Source: an uncultured Pseudomonadota bacterium (GTDB lineage: Bacteria > Pseudomonadota > Alphaproteobacteria > Rs-D84). From it: a DNA stretch of 64,000 nt. A program made the translations under genes and the position numbers. Positions within the stretch are counted from its first letter, which is position 1. Each line of letters starts with the position of its first letter. This document shows positions 10,064 to 19,886 of the stretch, piece by piece. The notes beneath the pieces were generated by a model. It was not told where the DNA came from, did no database searches, and saw only the letters and a program-made list of their open reading frames with translations. The stretch spans positions 202,077 to 266,076 of the forward strand of contig CACYHO010000001.1 in NCBI GenBank assembly GCA_902774285.1, read 5' to 3'.

Positions 10064-11376
10064 TATTTATTATCCTTTAGACCATTTTTTATATCGCCAA
10101 TAGCCAGTGCAACAGCAGCACGTTTAATAAATAAATCATATTTTGCACTGTTGTGTTGGTTACGGGCATCAACCAGTTCTGATTGTGCTGTTTGCCAATC
10201 GAGCATTGTTGCGCGTCCTACTTTGTACATACCTGATGTCACACGTTCGTTTTCGGTTGCTGATTTTAATAATGTTTGTGTTTGTATTAATACATTTTGT
10301 GCGGTTTTATAATTTTGATATGCGGTAAAAACATCCATCATTGCGTTATTAGAAATATTTTCTTCGTTATATTTTGTGCTTTCATAATCTGCACTGGCAG
10401 AACGTGCATTATAAAAATTTAGAAAGCCGGTAAATATCGGCATAGAGGCAGAAAAACCGATGCTGCCATGTGTTTTTAATGTCATATCTTTAAACATTCC
10501 ACCAACTGTTGTATCAGTTGTTTCGACAGAAGCATTCACAGAAATAGATGGAAGATTTTTCAGGAATGCGCTGTTGCGCCGATGCCATGCTGCATTAGTT
10601 TGAGATTTTGCCTTTAATAAATCTGGTCTTTGTTTTTGTGCAACAGAAATTAATTCGTCTATGTTTTTACTTTCAGCGGTGCTGCCAAATGAAGCAGGCA
10701 TATCTTTTATTTTAATGCTTTCGTTTGTTGAAAAAGACAAGATATTTAAAAGATTGCCTTTTGCAATTTCGCGATTGTTTTTTGCGCGTTCTAATGCCAG
10801 TTCTGATGATGCCAATGTGGTGTCGGCTTTGTAAACATCAGCGCGTGCGACCGCACCAGATTTATATTTTTTATCTGCGGTTTCTTTTGCTGTTTTTGCA
10901 ACTGTTAAGGCAGATTTTGCAGATAATACATTTGCATCCATATTTAACAGAGCATAATATGCGCCAACAATAGAATATATAAAGTTTTGAATTGTTTCAT
11001 CATAATCAAATCCTGCTGCGCGATATGTGGCCAATGTTTGTGCGAAATCTGATTCGCGTTTCCCAAAATCGAAAATTAAATAAGATGCCGAAAGTGAAGC
11101 GTTATAATTCCAATCATCATCTTCTGTGTGCGAACGATGTGCACCGGCACTGCCTGAAACAGATGGCAAATAATAAGAATGTGCGGCATTTTTGGTGAAA
11201 CGCGCAGATTGCAAAGATGCGTATGCTGCGGCTGTGTTTGGATTGCGACAAAGCCCCAAATCTATAACTTCCGTCAATGTTATTTCTTGTTTTGGGATAT
11301 GACGCATTGTTGCACAATCGGAAAACGCGTGTGCACAAAATGGAAAACACAAAAAAATCCCGTAAAGGTATCTCAT
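10063..11376 (-). CDS. TolC-family outer membrane efflux protein
   Basis: Signal peptide, then two long alpha-helical coiled-coil repeats interspersed with beta segments (LATYRAAGFDYDE..., QSELVDARNQ...). 437 aa. First gene of the efflux operon. Confidence 0.7.
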   Translation of the reverse strand: MRYLYGIFLCFPFCAHAFSDCATMRHIPKQEITLTEVIDLGLCRNPNTAAAYASLQSARFTKNAAHSYYLPSVSGSAGAHRSHTEDDDWNYNASLSASYLIFDFGKRESDFAQTLATYRAAGFDYDETIQNFIYSIVGAYYALLNMDANVLSAKSALTVAKTAKETADKKYKSGAVARADVYKADTTLASSELALERAKNNREIAKGNLLNILSFSTNESIKIKDMPASFGSTAESKNIDELISVAQKQRPDLLKAKSQTNAAWHRRNSAFLKNLPSISVNASVETTDTTVGGMFKDMTLKTHGSIGFSASMPIFTGFLNFYNARSASADYESTKYNEENISNNAMMDVFTAYQNYKTAQNVLIQTQTLLKSATENERVTSGMYKVGRATMLDWQTAQSELVDARNQHNSAKYDLFIKRAAVALAIGDIKNGLKDNK

Positions 11377-11494
11377 AATGTATAAAGATACCTGTTTTTT
11401 GACCCAAAAAATATCGGAACAAATTCATTTGGGAAAGCATGCATTTTTATGTTGAAAAACAATTCTTTTTTGCCTAATATGATCTTACGCGAAA

Positions 11495-11568
11495 GGCCAG
11501 GTGGCAGAGTGGTTATGCAGAGGACTGCAAATCCTTGGATGCCGGTTCGATTCCGACCCTGGCCTCCA
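11495..11568 (+). tRNA. tRNA-Cys (anticodon GCA)
   Basis: GGCCAGGTGGCAGAGTGGTTATGCAGAGGACTGCAAATCCTTGGATGCCGGTTCGATTCCGACCCTGGCCTCCA. Anticodon loop CTGCAAA, encoded CCA. Confidence 0.85.
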
Positions 11569-11578
11569 CTTTGAAAAA

Positions 11579-12667
11579 ATGATAAATCAGATTACTCTTA
11601 CAAATTTCAGAAATCACATTGTTTCCAGGATCAAAATTGATGGTGTAAAAAATATTATTATTACTGGCGCAAACGGTGCCGGTAAAACCGCGATATTAGA
11701 AGCAGTGTCATTGCTTTGTGGTGAACGCGGATTGCGCGGTGCAGATATTCCAACAATGGCGCGTTTTGACGGGGATGGTGGTTTTTCTGTATTTGCGAAC
11801 TTAAATGATGAAAGCGATATAAGTGTGTTTTTAACACCTGGTGATACAAACCGTCATGCAAAAATAGACAATGAAAATGCTGTATTATCTGACCTGTCGA
11901 AAAAATTGCGTATTGTATGGTTAACCCCGAAAGAAGATAGAATTTTTATGGAATCAGCTGCAGACAGACGTGTTTTTTTTGATAGGCTTACGGCAAGTTT
12001 TGAACCATCGCATATGGGACGCATAGCGCGGGTTAATAAATTGATGAGCGAACGCGCTGGTGCAATAAAATCTGGTGCTGATAATAATTGGTTGGATGCG
12101 ATAGATAAACAAATTGCGGCGACTTCTATATCAATTGCTGCGGGGCGTATAAGATATGCGTCTGAAATAAATTATTTCTTTGAAAATGGAGCTGTATCCG
12201 TAGATGGTAATGTTGAAAAATTGGTTTTAGAAAATACAGCAACTGTTGCAGAAAATAAATATTTCGAATATTTACAAAATAATCGCCAATTAACCGGTGA
12301 CAAGATGGTTATAGATGGTGTTCATAAATCTGATTTTGGTGTTTTTAATAAAAAATTGAATTTGCCGGCACAGATAACGTCCACCGGTCAGCAAAAATCC
12401 ATATTGATTGATTTGATATTGGCGCATGCAAAATTGATTCATATAAAAACTGGTGCAAAACCAATAATCTTATTGGATGAAGCAGCAGCGCATCTTGATA
12501 TAAATGCCAGAACAAAGTTGTTCAAAGACTTAAACGAATCAGATGCCCAGGTTTGGGCAACAGGTCTTGATTCTGTGATATTTAAAGATATTCCAAATGC
12601 TTTATTTGTTACTTGCGTTAACGGAACAATAAGTAATATAGTTATAGCGGAGAACAAAGATGCATAA
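11579..12667 (+). CDS. recF: DNA replication and repair protein RecF
   Basis: MINQITLTNFRNH... with Walker A GANGAGKTAILEA and C-terminal LLDEAAAHLD. Start trimmed from the ORF-track 11501 because that extension overlaps tRNA-Cys. Confidence 0.85.
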   Translation: MINQITLTNFRNHIVSRIKIDGVKNIIITGANGAGKTAILEAVSLLCGERGLRGADIPTMARFDGDGGFSVFANLNDESDISVFLTPGDTNRHAKIDNENAVLSDLSKKLRIVWLTPKEDRIFMESAADRRVFFDRLTASFEPSHMGRIARVNKLMSERAGAIKSGADNNWLDAIDKQIAATSISIAAGRIRYASEINYFFENGAVSVDGNVEKLVLENTATVAENKYFEYLQNNRQLTGDKMVIDGVHKSDFGVFNKKLNLPAQITSTGQQKSILIDLILAHAKLIHIKTGAKPIILLDEAAAHLDINARTKLFKDLNESDAQVWATGLDSVIFKDIPNALFVTCVNGTISNIVIAENKDA

Positions 12668-13133
12668 AATAGATTATCAACAATTATTAGATAATGCCCT
12701 TAAATCCGTCGTCAAAGAAGCGCTTGTTTATGCGCAATACAATGGATTGGGTGATGACGCTGGATTTTTTATTACATTTAAAACACGTGCGCCAGGCGTT
12801 GTATTGCCAGATTTTTTAAGAATAAGATATCCTGATACAATGACGATTGTTTTGCAGTATTCGTACAATAATTTAAATGTATCCGATAAAGAATTTGGTG
12901 TTCAGTTAACATTTGATGGTCGTCCATTTTTTATACGCGTCCCATTTTCTGCGTTGGTTGAATTCAAGGATCCTTCAACTGAATTTATGTTGTCGTTTCA
13001 TCCGCGTCAAAAGGCTGCTGAACAAACAACAGATGCACCTGAATTGCCTTTGGAAGAAAAACCAGATACGGTTCCAGATGATAAACGCGTTGTATCTTTG
13101 GACGAATTCAGAAGAAAAAAGAATTTGCAATAA
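12660..13133 (+). CDS. sspB: ClpXP adaptor SspB (alphaproteobacterial SspB-alpha type)
   Basis: FITFKTRAPGVVLP, TMTIVLQYSY and FIRVPFSALVEF resemble Caulobacter SspB-alpha (DTRAPGV / EMTIVLQ / VPFAA). Acidic C-terminal tail. Confidence 0.75.
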   Translation: MHKIDYQQLLDNALKSVVKEALVYAQYNGLGDDAGFFITFKTRAPGVVLPDFLRIRYPDTMTIVLQYSYNNLNVSDKEFGVQLTFDGRPFFIRVPFSALVEFKDPSTEFMLSFHPRQKAAEQTTDAPELPLEEKPDTVPDDKRVVSLDEFRRKKNLQ

Positions 13134-13160
13134 AAAACCGGCATTTGCCGGTTTTTTATT
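13131..13160. terminator. bidirectional terminator (CCGGCATTTGCCGG) between convergent sspB and rpsO
   Basis: Perfect hairpin flanked by A-run and T-run. Confidence 0.6.
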
Positions 13161-13431
13161 ATTTACGCAGACCCAATTTTTTAATCAAATCTTCGTATTC
13201 AGCAACATTATGATTTTTGATGTATGCCAATAATTTCTTACGGCGGTTGACCATCAATAACAAACCACGTTTTGAATGTTCATCTTTGTGATTTGCTTTC
13301 ATATGTTCTGTTAAATTGCGAATACGTTCTGTTAAAACTGCAACCTGGGCAGCAGCAGAACCACCATTGTCATGTTCGCTGTTTTTGAATGCAGCGACCA
13401 ATTCGCTCTTTTTTTCTTTTGTTACGGACAT
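13159..13431 (-). CDS. rpsO: 30S ribosomal protein S15
   Basis: 90 aa. GSAAAQVAVLTERIRNLTEHMKANHKDEHSKRGLL is the S15 signature region. Confidence 0.92.
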   Translation of the reverse strand: MSVTKEKKSELVAAFKNSEHDNGGSAAAQVAVLTERIRNLTEHMKANHKDEHSKRGLLLMVNRRKKLLAYIKNHNVAEYEDLIKKLGLRK

Positions 13432-13447
13432 TGTTATTCCTTTTTTG

Positions 13448-14320
13448 TTAAAGTGTTCGTTTTGGTTTAAGTGTTTTGTTTGTTATTTTGCCTATTCCAA
13501 CAAAGGTTTTGTTCGAATAAACACGATACAAACCATCCTTTTCGCCAGTTTCGATAAATCCGCCATTCTTATAAAGAATAACATCTTTATCATCCAAATT
13601 GATTACCGGAATGTCCCCCAGTGCACAATCTGGTTGCATCAAATATTCTTCAATGCGCCCATTATTATTGACCAGATTTTCCAAAAAATCAAGTTTTACG
13701 GCATTTTTTATATCAAAGCCGTTTGTAAGGGTGCGTCGTATATATGTTGTGGTTGCTATTGCATTGCACAATTTTGCAATATCGCGGACTACGGATCGAA
13801 CATATGTTCCACGCGAACAAATCACGCGAAAATTATATTCGTTGTCCCGGCTTTTACCGGTATATTCTAATTCATAAATTGTTATTGGACGTGGTTTCAT
13901 TTCTATATCTGTCCCACCGCGTGCCAATTCATATGCGCGTTTCCCGTTTATATGTACAGCAGAAAATTGTGGCGGAATTTGTTCAGTTGTTTCTTTTATT
14001 TTTTTACAGGCATCGATAATATCATCATCGTTTGGAATAATATCGTTTGTTTGTTTGATGTTTCCGGTTATATCCAAAGAATCTGTATCAATTCCAAATT
14101 TAAGACCGAACAAATATTCTTTCTTGTTTTCGCATTCTTCTTCGATAAATGGTATCATTTTGGTTGCGTTACCAAGTGCGATTGGCAAAACACCAGTAGC
14201 CATCGGATCTAGTGTTCCAATGTGACCGAATTTTTTTTCACCAAACATTTTCGCAATATGCCAACCTGTCGTTCTACTGAAAACGCCACTTTCTTTGTCC
14301 AAGATAACAAATCCATCCAT
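13448..14320 (-). CDS. truB: tRNA pseudouridine(55) synthase TruB
   Basis: GHIGTLDPMATGVLPIALG catalytic Asp motif. 290 aa. Confidence 0.9.
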   Translation of the reverse strand: MDGFVILDKESGVFSRTTGWHIAKMFGEKKFGHIGTLDPMATGVLPIALGNATKMIPFIEEECENKKEYLFGLKFGIDTDSLDITGNIKQTNDIIPNDDDIIDACKKIKETTEQIPPQFSAVHINGKRAYELARGGTDIEMKPRPITIYELEYTGKSRDNEYNFRVICSRGTYVRSVVRDIAKLCNAIATTTYIRRTLTNGFDIKNAVKLDFLENLVNNNGRIEEYLMQPDCALGDIPVINLDDKDVILYKNGGFIETGEKDGLYRVYSNKTFVGIGKITNKTLKPKRTL

Positions 14321-14323
14321 TGT

Positions 14324-16834
14324 TTATCCAAAAAGTGATAATTGTGATTTTGGTTTTTCTTCTTCGACAATTGGTTTTACCGAAGGTTTCACAGGTTCTT
14401 TTGTTGTTTCTGTTGTTGGTGTGTCTGATTCCAGATTTTGTAAAACAGATTCTGCGCGTTTAACAATTTGTTCTGGCATACCTGCCATTTTTGCAACAGC
14501 GATACCGTATGATCGATTTGCAACGCCATTGATAATTTTATGCAAGAATATTATATCATTATTATGTTCACGAACATCTATTGTCAGGCACGTGACATTA
14601 TTCAAACTTTCGTCCACAACCAATTTTGTTAATTCATGATAATGGGTTGCAAAAAGTGTGCGCGCTTTCAATTCATTAAGATATTCAAGAACAGCCTGGG
14701 CAATCGCCATACCGTCAAAAGTTGATGTTCCGCGCCCTATTTCGTCAAAAATTATAAAAGATTTTTCGGTGGCACGATTTAAAATATTTGAAGTTTCAAC
14801 CATTTCAACCATGAATGTTGATTGACCGGCGGCCAAATTATCTGATGCGCCAACACGACTGAATAACTGATCACAAATACCAATTTTTGCAGATGTTGCC
14901 GGAACAAAAGAACCAAGATGCGATAACACAACCAATATTGCGTTTTGACGTAAATATGTAGATTTACCGGCCATATTTGGACCAGTTAATAATGCGATTG
15001 GTTTGTTATTTAAATTACAATCATTTTTAATAAAACTGTCACCGCTTTTGCGTAATACATATTCAATAACAGGATGTCGGCCACCAACGATTTCAAATTC
15101 ATTATTTTGTGTCATTGTTGGTCGTATCCATGAATAAAGATCTGCAACATTGGCAAGTGATAACCATACATCTATATCGGCCACTAAATCTGCTGTATTC
15201 ATTAAATCGTCAGAAACAGCGCGTATTTTTTCAATAAATTCATTTATAATATCGGCTTCGATAGCAGCGGCTTTTTCAGACGCACTGCGGACATCATTAT
15301 CCAAATCAATTAATGCGGCAGTTGTAAAACGCATATTGCCGGCCATTGTTTGACGATGTATAAAACCAGATTCTGGTGCCATCAATGTATCTGCGCGACT
15401 TGATGGAATCTCTATAAAATACCCAAGTATATTATTATATTTTATCTTTAATGTGTTTATGCCGGTTTCATTTATGTATTGCGCCTGTAATCCTGCAATT
15501 GTTTCCATTGCGCCATTGGATAAGCCACGCATTTTATCAAGTGATGGGTTAAAACCTTGCTTTATAACATTTCCATCGCGGAAAAATGTTGGTAATTCAT
15601 CGTTAAGCGCCAATACCAGTTCATTTGCGAGAGTCTCGTGTGTATTTATAATTGCAAATTTTTCCGACAATGTCGTATCAAGTTTTTTACCGACATTTTT
15701 AACAGTATCCAAAATTGATAAAAATTCAGACACGTTTTTCAAATCACGTGGCGTGCCACGACCTGATAATAATCTTGAAAGTGCACGATTAACGTCTGGT
15801 ATACGTGTTAACACAGATGAAATTTCTGCCATTAAAGAATGGTTGGTTAACAAATGTCCGATATGTTCTTGTCTTTGTAAAATTGTGTCTATATCGCCAG
15901 GTAATGTGCGCAAATAAGAACGCAATTTACGTGCGCCACTTGCCGTTTTAGTTTGATCAAGAACATCTAATAAACAAGTTCCGCCATCGTTTATCGGTGC
16001 ATCTATTTCCAAACTTTTCCAAGTGGAAGAATCAATTAATAATTGGCGACCTGATTTAAAAGAATAAGGTGCCCTAAAAGATATGTTTGCACCGCGTTGC
16101 GTGTTAAATAAATATCCAGCCAATAATCTTATTGCAGAAACATTTTCATTGTTTTCAGATTTGATATTTCCACCAAATACATGTGATACAATTAAATTAA
16201 TGTCTGAACGTAAATATAATTTTTCGTACACCGGTGTGGTTTTATATATTTCACGCAGGTTTTTGATAATTGGTTTTTCTGCGGCATTTTCCGGATAAAT
16301 TATTTCCGCAGGGTTAACACGAATCATATCATCAATGATACAATCCGTTTCGCCAATGAAAAATTCACCAGTAGATATATCACAACCAGCCAGATCAAAT
16401 TTAGCATTTCCCAATGGAACAACAGATATTAAAAAATTAGATTTTTTCGGCGTTAATAAATTTTCATCAGTTAAGGTTCCAGGCGTTAAAACGCGAACAA
16501 CCTTTCTTTCGATATATTTATGACCGCGTTGTTTGGCCTGGGCTGGTGTTTCCATTTGTTCAACCAATGCAACTTTGAACCCAGATTTTACCAGGCGACC
16601 AAAATAATTATCAGATGCATGCCATGGAATACCACACATTGGAACATCAACACCAAATCCATCTGTTCCGCGATGTGTTAAAACCAAAGAAAGAGTTTCG
16701 CTGACAGTTTTTGCGTCTTCGAAAAATGCTTCATAAAAATCCCCCAGACGAAACATCAACAACGCATCTGGATTTTCAGATTTCATATCAACATATTGCT
16801 GCATTACCGGGGAAAGTTTATTTTTTTCGGCCAT
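14324..16834 (-). CDS. mutS: DNA mismatch repair protein MutS
   Basis: 836 aa. N-terminal mismatch-binding domain (GDFYE), Walker A GPNMAGKSTYLRQ, and DEIGRGTSTFDG motif. Confidence 0.92.
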   Translation of the reverse strand: MAEKNKLSPVMQQYVDMKSENPDALLMFRLGDFYEAFFEDAKTVSETLSLVLTHRGTDGFGVDVPMCGIPWHASDNYFGRLVKSGFKVALVEQMETPAQAKQRGHKYIERKVVRVLTPGTLTDENLLTPKKSNFLISVVPLGNAKFDLAGCDISTGEFFIGETDCIIDDMIRVNPAEIIYPENAAEKPIIKNLREIYKTTPVYEKLYLRSDINLIVSHVFGGNIKSENNENVSAIRLLAGYLFNTQRGANISFRAPYSFKSGRQLLIDSSTWKSLEIDAPINDGGTCLLDVLDQTKTASGARKLRSYLRTLPGDIDTILQRQEHIGHLLTNHSLMAEISSVLTRIPDVNRALSRLLSGRGTPRDLKNVSEFLSILDTVKNVGKKLDTTLSEKFAIINTHETLANELVLALNDELPTFFRDGNVIKQGFNPSLDKMRGLSNGAMETIAGLQAQYINETGINTLKIKYNNILGYFIEIPSSRADTLMAPESGFIHRQTMAGNMRFTTAALIDLDNDVRSASEKAAAIEADIINEFIEKIRAVSDDLMNTADLVADIDVWLSLANVADLYSWIRPTMTQNNEFEIVGGRHPVIEYVLRKSGDSFIKNDCNLNNKPIALLTGPNMAGKSTYLRQNAILVVLSHLGSFVPATSAKIGICDQLFSRVGASDNLAAGQSTFMVEMVETSNILNRATEKSFIIFDEIGRGTSTFDGMAIAQAVLEYLNELKARTLFATHYHELTKLVVDESLNNVTCLTIDVREHNNDIIFLHKIINGVANRSYGIAVAKMAGMPEQIVKRAESVLQNLESDTPTTETTKEPVKPSVKPIVEEEKPKSQLSLFG

Positions 16835-16836
16835 AT

Positions 16837-17040
16837 TTATTCACCGGCGTTTGTCACCTTAAGTGTTTCGATTTTTAATTCGGCTTCTTTTAACAATTGT
16901 TCACAATATGCTTTTAATTTTATGCCTTGTTCGTATGCAGCAACAGAATCTGCCAAAGGCATATCACCACTTTCCATTTTCTGTACAAGTTCGGTTAATT
17001 GTTTATATGCTTCTTCGAAAGACAATTTTTCATCAGCCAT
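16837..17040 (-). CDS. xseB: exodeoxyribonuclease VII small subunit
   Basis: 67-aa helical protein LSFEEAYKQLTELVQKMESGDMPLADSVAAYEQGIKL. Typical XseB. Confidence 0.8.
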   Translation of the reverse strand: MADEKLSFEEAYKQLTELVQKMESGDMPLADSVAAYEQGIKLKAYCEQLLKEAELKIETLKVTNAGE

Positions 17041-17100
17041 ATTGTATCCTTTTGTTTTTGATAAAGATAGCCCATAAAACCACGATTTGCAACAAATAAA

Positions 17101-17130
17101 GAAACAAAAAACCGCCCATGTGGGCGGTTA
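17101..17130 (-). terminator. rho-independent terminator downstream of infC (CCGCCCATGTGGGCGG hairpin, U-run on minus strand)
   Basis: 8-bp GC stem. T-run follows on the minus strand. Confidence 0.55.
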
Positions 17131-17667
17131 TTATTTTGCGGGGGCAATAATTATTGATTTTGTTCGGTCATCTGGTTTTGATTTTGATTCCAATGTTCCT
17201 TTGTCGCCAATCAATTCAATAATATGTTCGAATAATTGTTGAACAGCATCACGACCACGTGCCAAAACTTTTTTGTTACCCTTGGTCATAACTGCGATTT
17301 TTACTTTGTTACCTTCGCCCAAGAATTCGAAAACCTTTTTCAATTTAATATTCAAATCGTTTTCTTCGATGAAAGGTTTTACCCAAACTTCTTTTAATTC
17401 GATAGTTTTTTGTTTTTTGCGGGCTTCGTTAGCATGCTTTTTTTGTTCATATTTGAATTTGCCATAATCCATAATTTTTACCAATACAGGTGTTGCATTG
17501 GCATTTATTTCAACAAGGTCCAATCCCATATCATATGCCATATTCAGCGCATTTGCGGTTTCCATAACACCAAGATTTTGACCGTCTTGACTTATGACTT
17601 GAACTGATTTTGCAAATATTTTTTCGTTTGTACGTGGGCCCATATCGCGAGCCTTGCCGTTGTTCAT
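17131..17667 (-). CDS. infC: translation initiation factor IF-3
   Basis: 178 aa. VRVIxxDGxQLGV-like N-terminal domain and C-terminal domain with KNKK/KVAV motifs characteristic of IF-3. Confidence 0.88.
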   Translation of the reverse strand: MNNGKARDMGPRTNEKIFAKSVQVISQDGQNLGVMETANALNMAYDMGLDLVEINANATPVLVKIMDYGKFKYEQKKHANEARKKQKTIELKEVWVKPFIEENDLNIKLKKVFEFLGEGNKVKIAVMTKGNKKVLARGRDAVQQLFEHIIELIGDKGTLESKSKPDDRTKSIIIAPAK

Positions 17668-17722
17668 ATTAGGTTTAATAGTTGTGCTCCTTTTTAACTT
17701 ATGCGTAAATTATTAACTATTT

Positions 17723-18466
17723 TTATTGGTTTTTCAACAATTTTTGAACATTTTGTAATACGTCCCAAACATCTTTTTTTGCACTTGGTTTTAAAATTAA
17801 ATAATTTGGATGATACATTGGTATAATTGTGTATCCGTCGTCTGTAATTATTTCTGCACCATGTTTATCTGTTAAATTGGTTTGCGCAATTTCTGTCGTG
17901 CTTAATGTGCCCAGTGTTATTATGATGCGTGGCGATAACATATTTATCATCTTTTTTACAAAAGGAATTGATAAATCGATTTCTTCACGACTTGGTGTGC
18001 GGCCACCAGGTGTTCGCCAAAATAATAATGGAATGATTGAAACGTTTTCACGCGACATATTAATTGCAGATAGCATTTTATCTGTTAATTCCCCAGCTGG
18101 ACCAGATAATATTTTTCCAGATAAATCATCATCGGAACTTGGAAGGTCTGTGATAATCAATAATCCGTTTGGTTGTGTTGCAATATTTGGCATAACAACA
18201 TTGGTTACACCATTGCGCAAAGGATGGTTGAATTCTGCGATCATTCTAACCATCGAATCGATATCATTTGGACGTTCAACCATAGATTTTACTGTATCTA
18301 ATGTTATCGGTGCAGATGCTGGCACGATAATAGGTTTTGATTTTTCGTTGCTGGAAAGCAATGTTTGTTGAACGGGTTCTTTTTTTGTATCTTGTTTAAC
18401 AGGAGTTTCGGATAGTTCCCAACGAACACCAGCCATATTTAAATCTTGCAACATATACTTTCCCAT
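17723..18466 (-). CDS. uracil-DNA glycosylase superfamily protein (family 4/5-like) with ~110-aa N-terminal extension
   Basis: C-terminal 140 aa match the UDG family-4-like layout (LLIITDLPSSDDD...GPAGELTDKML...PLLFWRTPGGRTPSREEI...RIIITLG). The canonical GE[AP]PG is replaced by DLPSS. Confidence 0.5.
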   Translation of the reverse strand: MGKYMLQDLNMAGVRWELSETPVKQDTKKEPVQQTLLSSNEKSKPIIVPASAPITLDTVKSMVERPNDIDSMVRMIAEFNHPLRNGVTNVVMPNIATQPNGLLIITDLPSSDDDLSGKILSGPAGELTDKMLSAINMSRENVSIIPLLFWRTPGGRTPSREEIDLSIPFVKKMINMLSPRIIITLGTLSTTEIAQTNLTDKHGAEIITDDGYTIIPMYHPNYLILKPSAKKDVWDVLQNVQKLLKNQ

Positions 18467-18541
18467 GTTTTATTCCTTGCTTTTTAAAAATCATTAATAT
18501 AGAATATACACTGAGCAACAAAAACTCAAGGGAGTATTTTC

Positions 18542-18958
18542 ATGAAAATATTAAATTTTGCTTTATTAGCTGGTGTTGCTGGATTATTGGCCGCTTGCGG
18601 TGGATCCGGTATAGTTGAACCTTCTGATTTGAATAATCAACGCGTTTTCTTTGCGTTTAATTCAGCAGAAATTTCTGACGAAGCACACGACAACTTGTTG
18701 GGTCAAGCTTTGTACATGAAAAACCACGAAGACACAAAAATCCAGATCGCTGGTAATTGCGACGAACGTGGTTCAACAGAATACAACTTGGCTTTGGGTG
18801 CACGCCGTGCAAATGCTGCAAAAGCAGTTTTGGTTAAAGACGGTGTAGCAGCTTCTCGTATTTCCACAATCTCTTACGGTAAAGAACGTCCATTGGTTAA
18901 AGGTTCTGGCGAATCCGTTTGGAAATACAATCGTAACGCAACAACAACAGTTAAATAA
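18542..18958 (+). CDS. pal: peptidoglycan-associated lipoprotein Pal (OmpA-like domain)
   Basis: Lipobox LLAAC|GGS. OmpA-like domain with NLALGARRANAAKAVLV and ISYGKERP. Confidence 0.8.
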   Translation: MKILNFALLAGVAGLLAACGGSGIVEPSDLNNQRVFFAFNSAEISDEAHDNLLGQALYMKNHEDTKIQIAGNCDERGSTEYNLALGARRANAAKAVLVKDGVAASRISTISYGKERPLVKGSGESVWKYNRNATTTVK

Positions 18959-18974
18959 TATAACTTTTGTTATT

Positions 18975-19008
18975 TAAAAATACCGGCATTTGCCGGTATT
19001 TTTTTATG
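18975..19008. terminator. bidirectional terminator (TACCGGCATTTGCCGGTA) between convergent pal and parB
   Basis: 7-bp stem flanked by A-run and T-run. Confidence 0.6.
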
Positions 19009-19010
19009 TT

Positions 19011-19886
19011 TTATTTTGATAATTTATCTATCAAATCTTCCATTTGAACACGGTTGTCAAAAGAAATTATAAATTGCCCTGCTCCGCCACGTTTTTCGCG
19101 TATTTTTACAGGGGCTTTTAAGTGTTTTGAAATTTTCGATTCGATTTTTAAAACATATTCTGCATCTAAAGTGTTTTTTACCAGATTACGGCTTGTTTTA
19201 GAACGATTCGAATTTTTTACATGTTTTTGCGTTTCGGCAACCGATAATTTATTATTTATAATATCATGCGCCAATTGTTCTGGGTTTTCAGATACCGCAA
19301 TTGTTCGTGCGTGCGATGGGGAAATTTTTCCTTCGATTATCAATTGTTTAACAGAATCTGGCAAAGAATTTATTCGCATAAGATTGCGTATATAACTGAC
19401 AGATTTGCCGATTAATTTTGAAACTTCTTCCAATGAATACCCGCATTTTTCCATCAGGTTTTTATAGCCCAGTGCTTCTTCTATTGGGTTCAGGTTTTCG
19501 CGTTGAACATTTTCAATCAAAGCAATTTCCATTGCATTTTTATCGTCCAAACTTTTTACCAATGCCGGTATTTCACTTAATCCAGCCAATTGTGCAGCAC
19601 GATATCTGCGTTCACCGGCAACTATTTCATAAAGATATGGTTTGTTTTGGACACTGCGTAAAATAATTGGAACCAATACGCCCTTCTCTTTTATTGATTC
19701 TGATAAATCTTTTAATTCTTGTTCGTCAAAAGTCTTTCTTGGCTGATCAGGGTTTGGGCTTATTTGAATTAATGGTATTGGTTTTACAACAACGCGTTCT
19801 GCGCCGGTTAATACAGAAATATCTGGAATTTGTCCCATTTCTTCGTTTAATTGTGCCAAAGATTTTCCTAAAAATTTAGATGACAT
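19011..19886 (-). CDS. parB: chromosome partitioning protein ParB
   Basis: GERRYRAAQLAG box and HTH region. 291 aa. Confidence 0.9.
   Translation of the reverse strand: MSSKFLGKSLAQLNEEMGQIPDISVLTGAERVVVKPIPLIQISPNPDQPRKTFDEQELKDLSESIKEKGVLVPIILRSVQNKPYLYEIVAGERRYRAAQLAGLSEIPALVKSLDDKNAMEIALIENVQRENLNPIEEALGYKNLMEKCGYSLEEVSKLIGKSVSYIRNLMRINSLPDSVKQLIIEGKISPSHARTIAVSENPEQLAHDIINNKLSVAETQKHVKNSNRSKTSRNLVKNTLDAEYVLKIESKISKHLKAPVKIREKRGGAGQFIISFDNRVQMEDLIDKLSK

Noticed and set aside
11501-11578. ORF-track start of recF at 11501
   Set aside because: Overlaps tRNA-Cys (11495-11568). The RecF N-terminus conserved in homologs starts at MINQITLTNF (11579).
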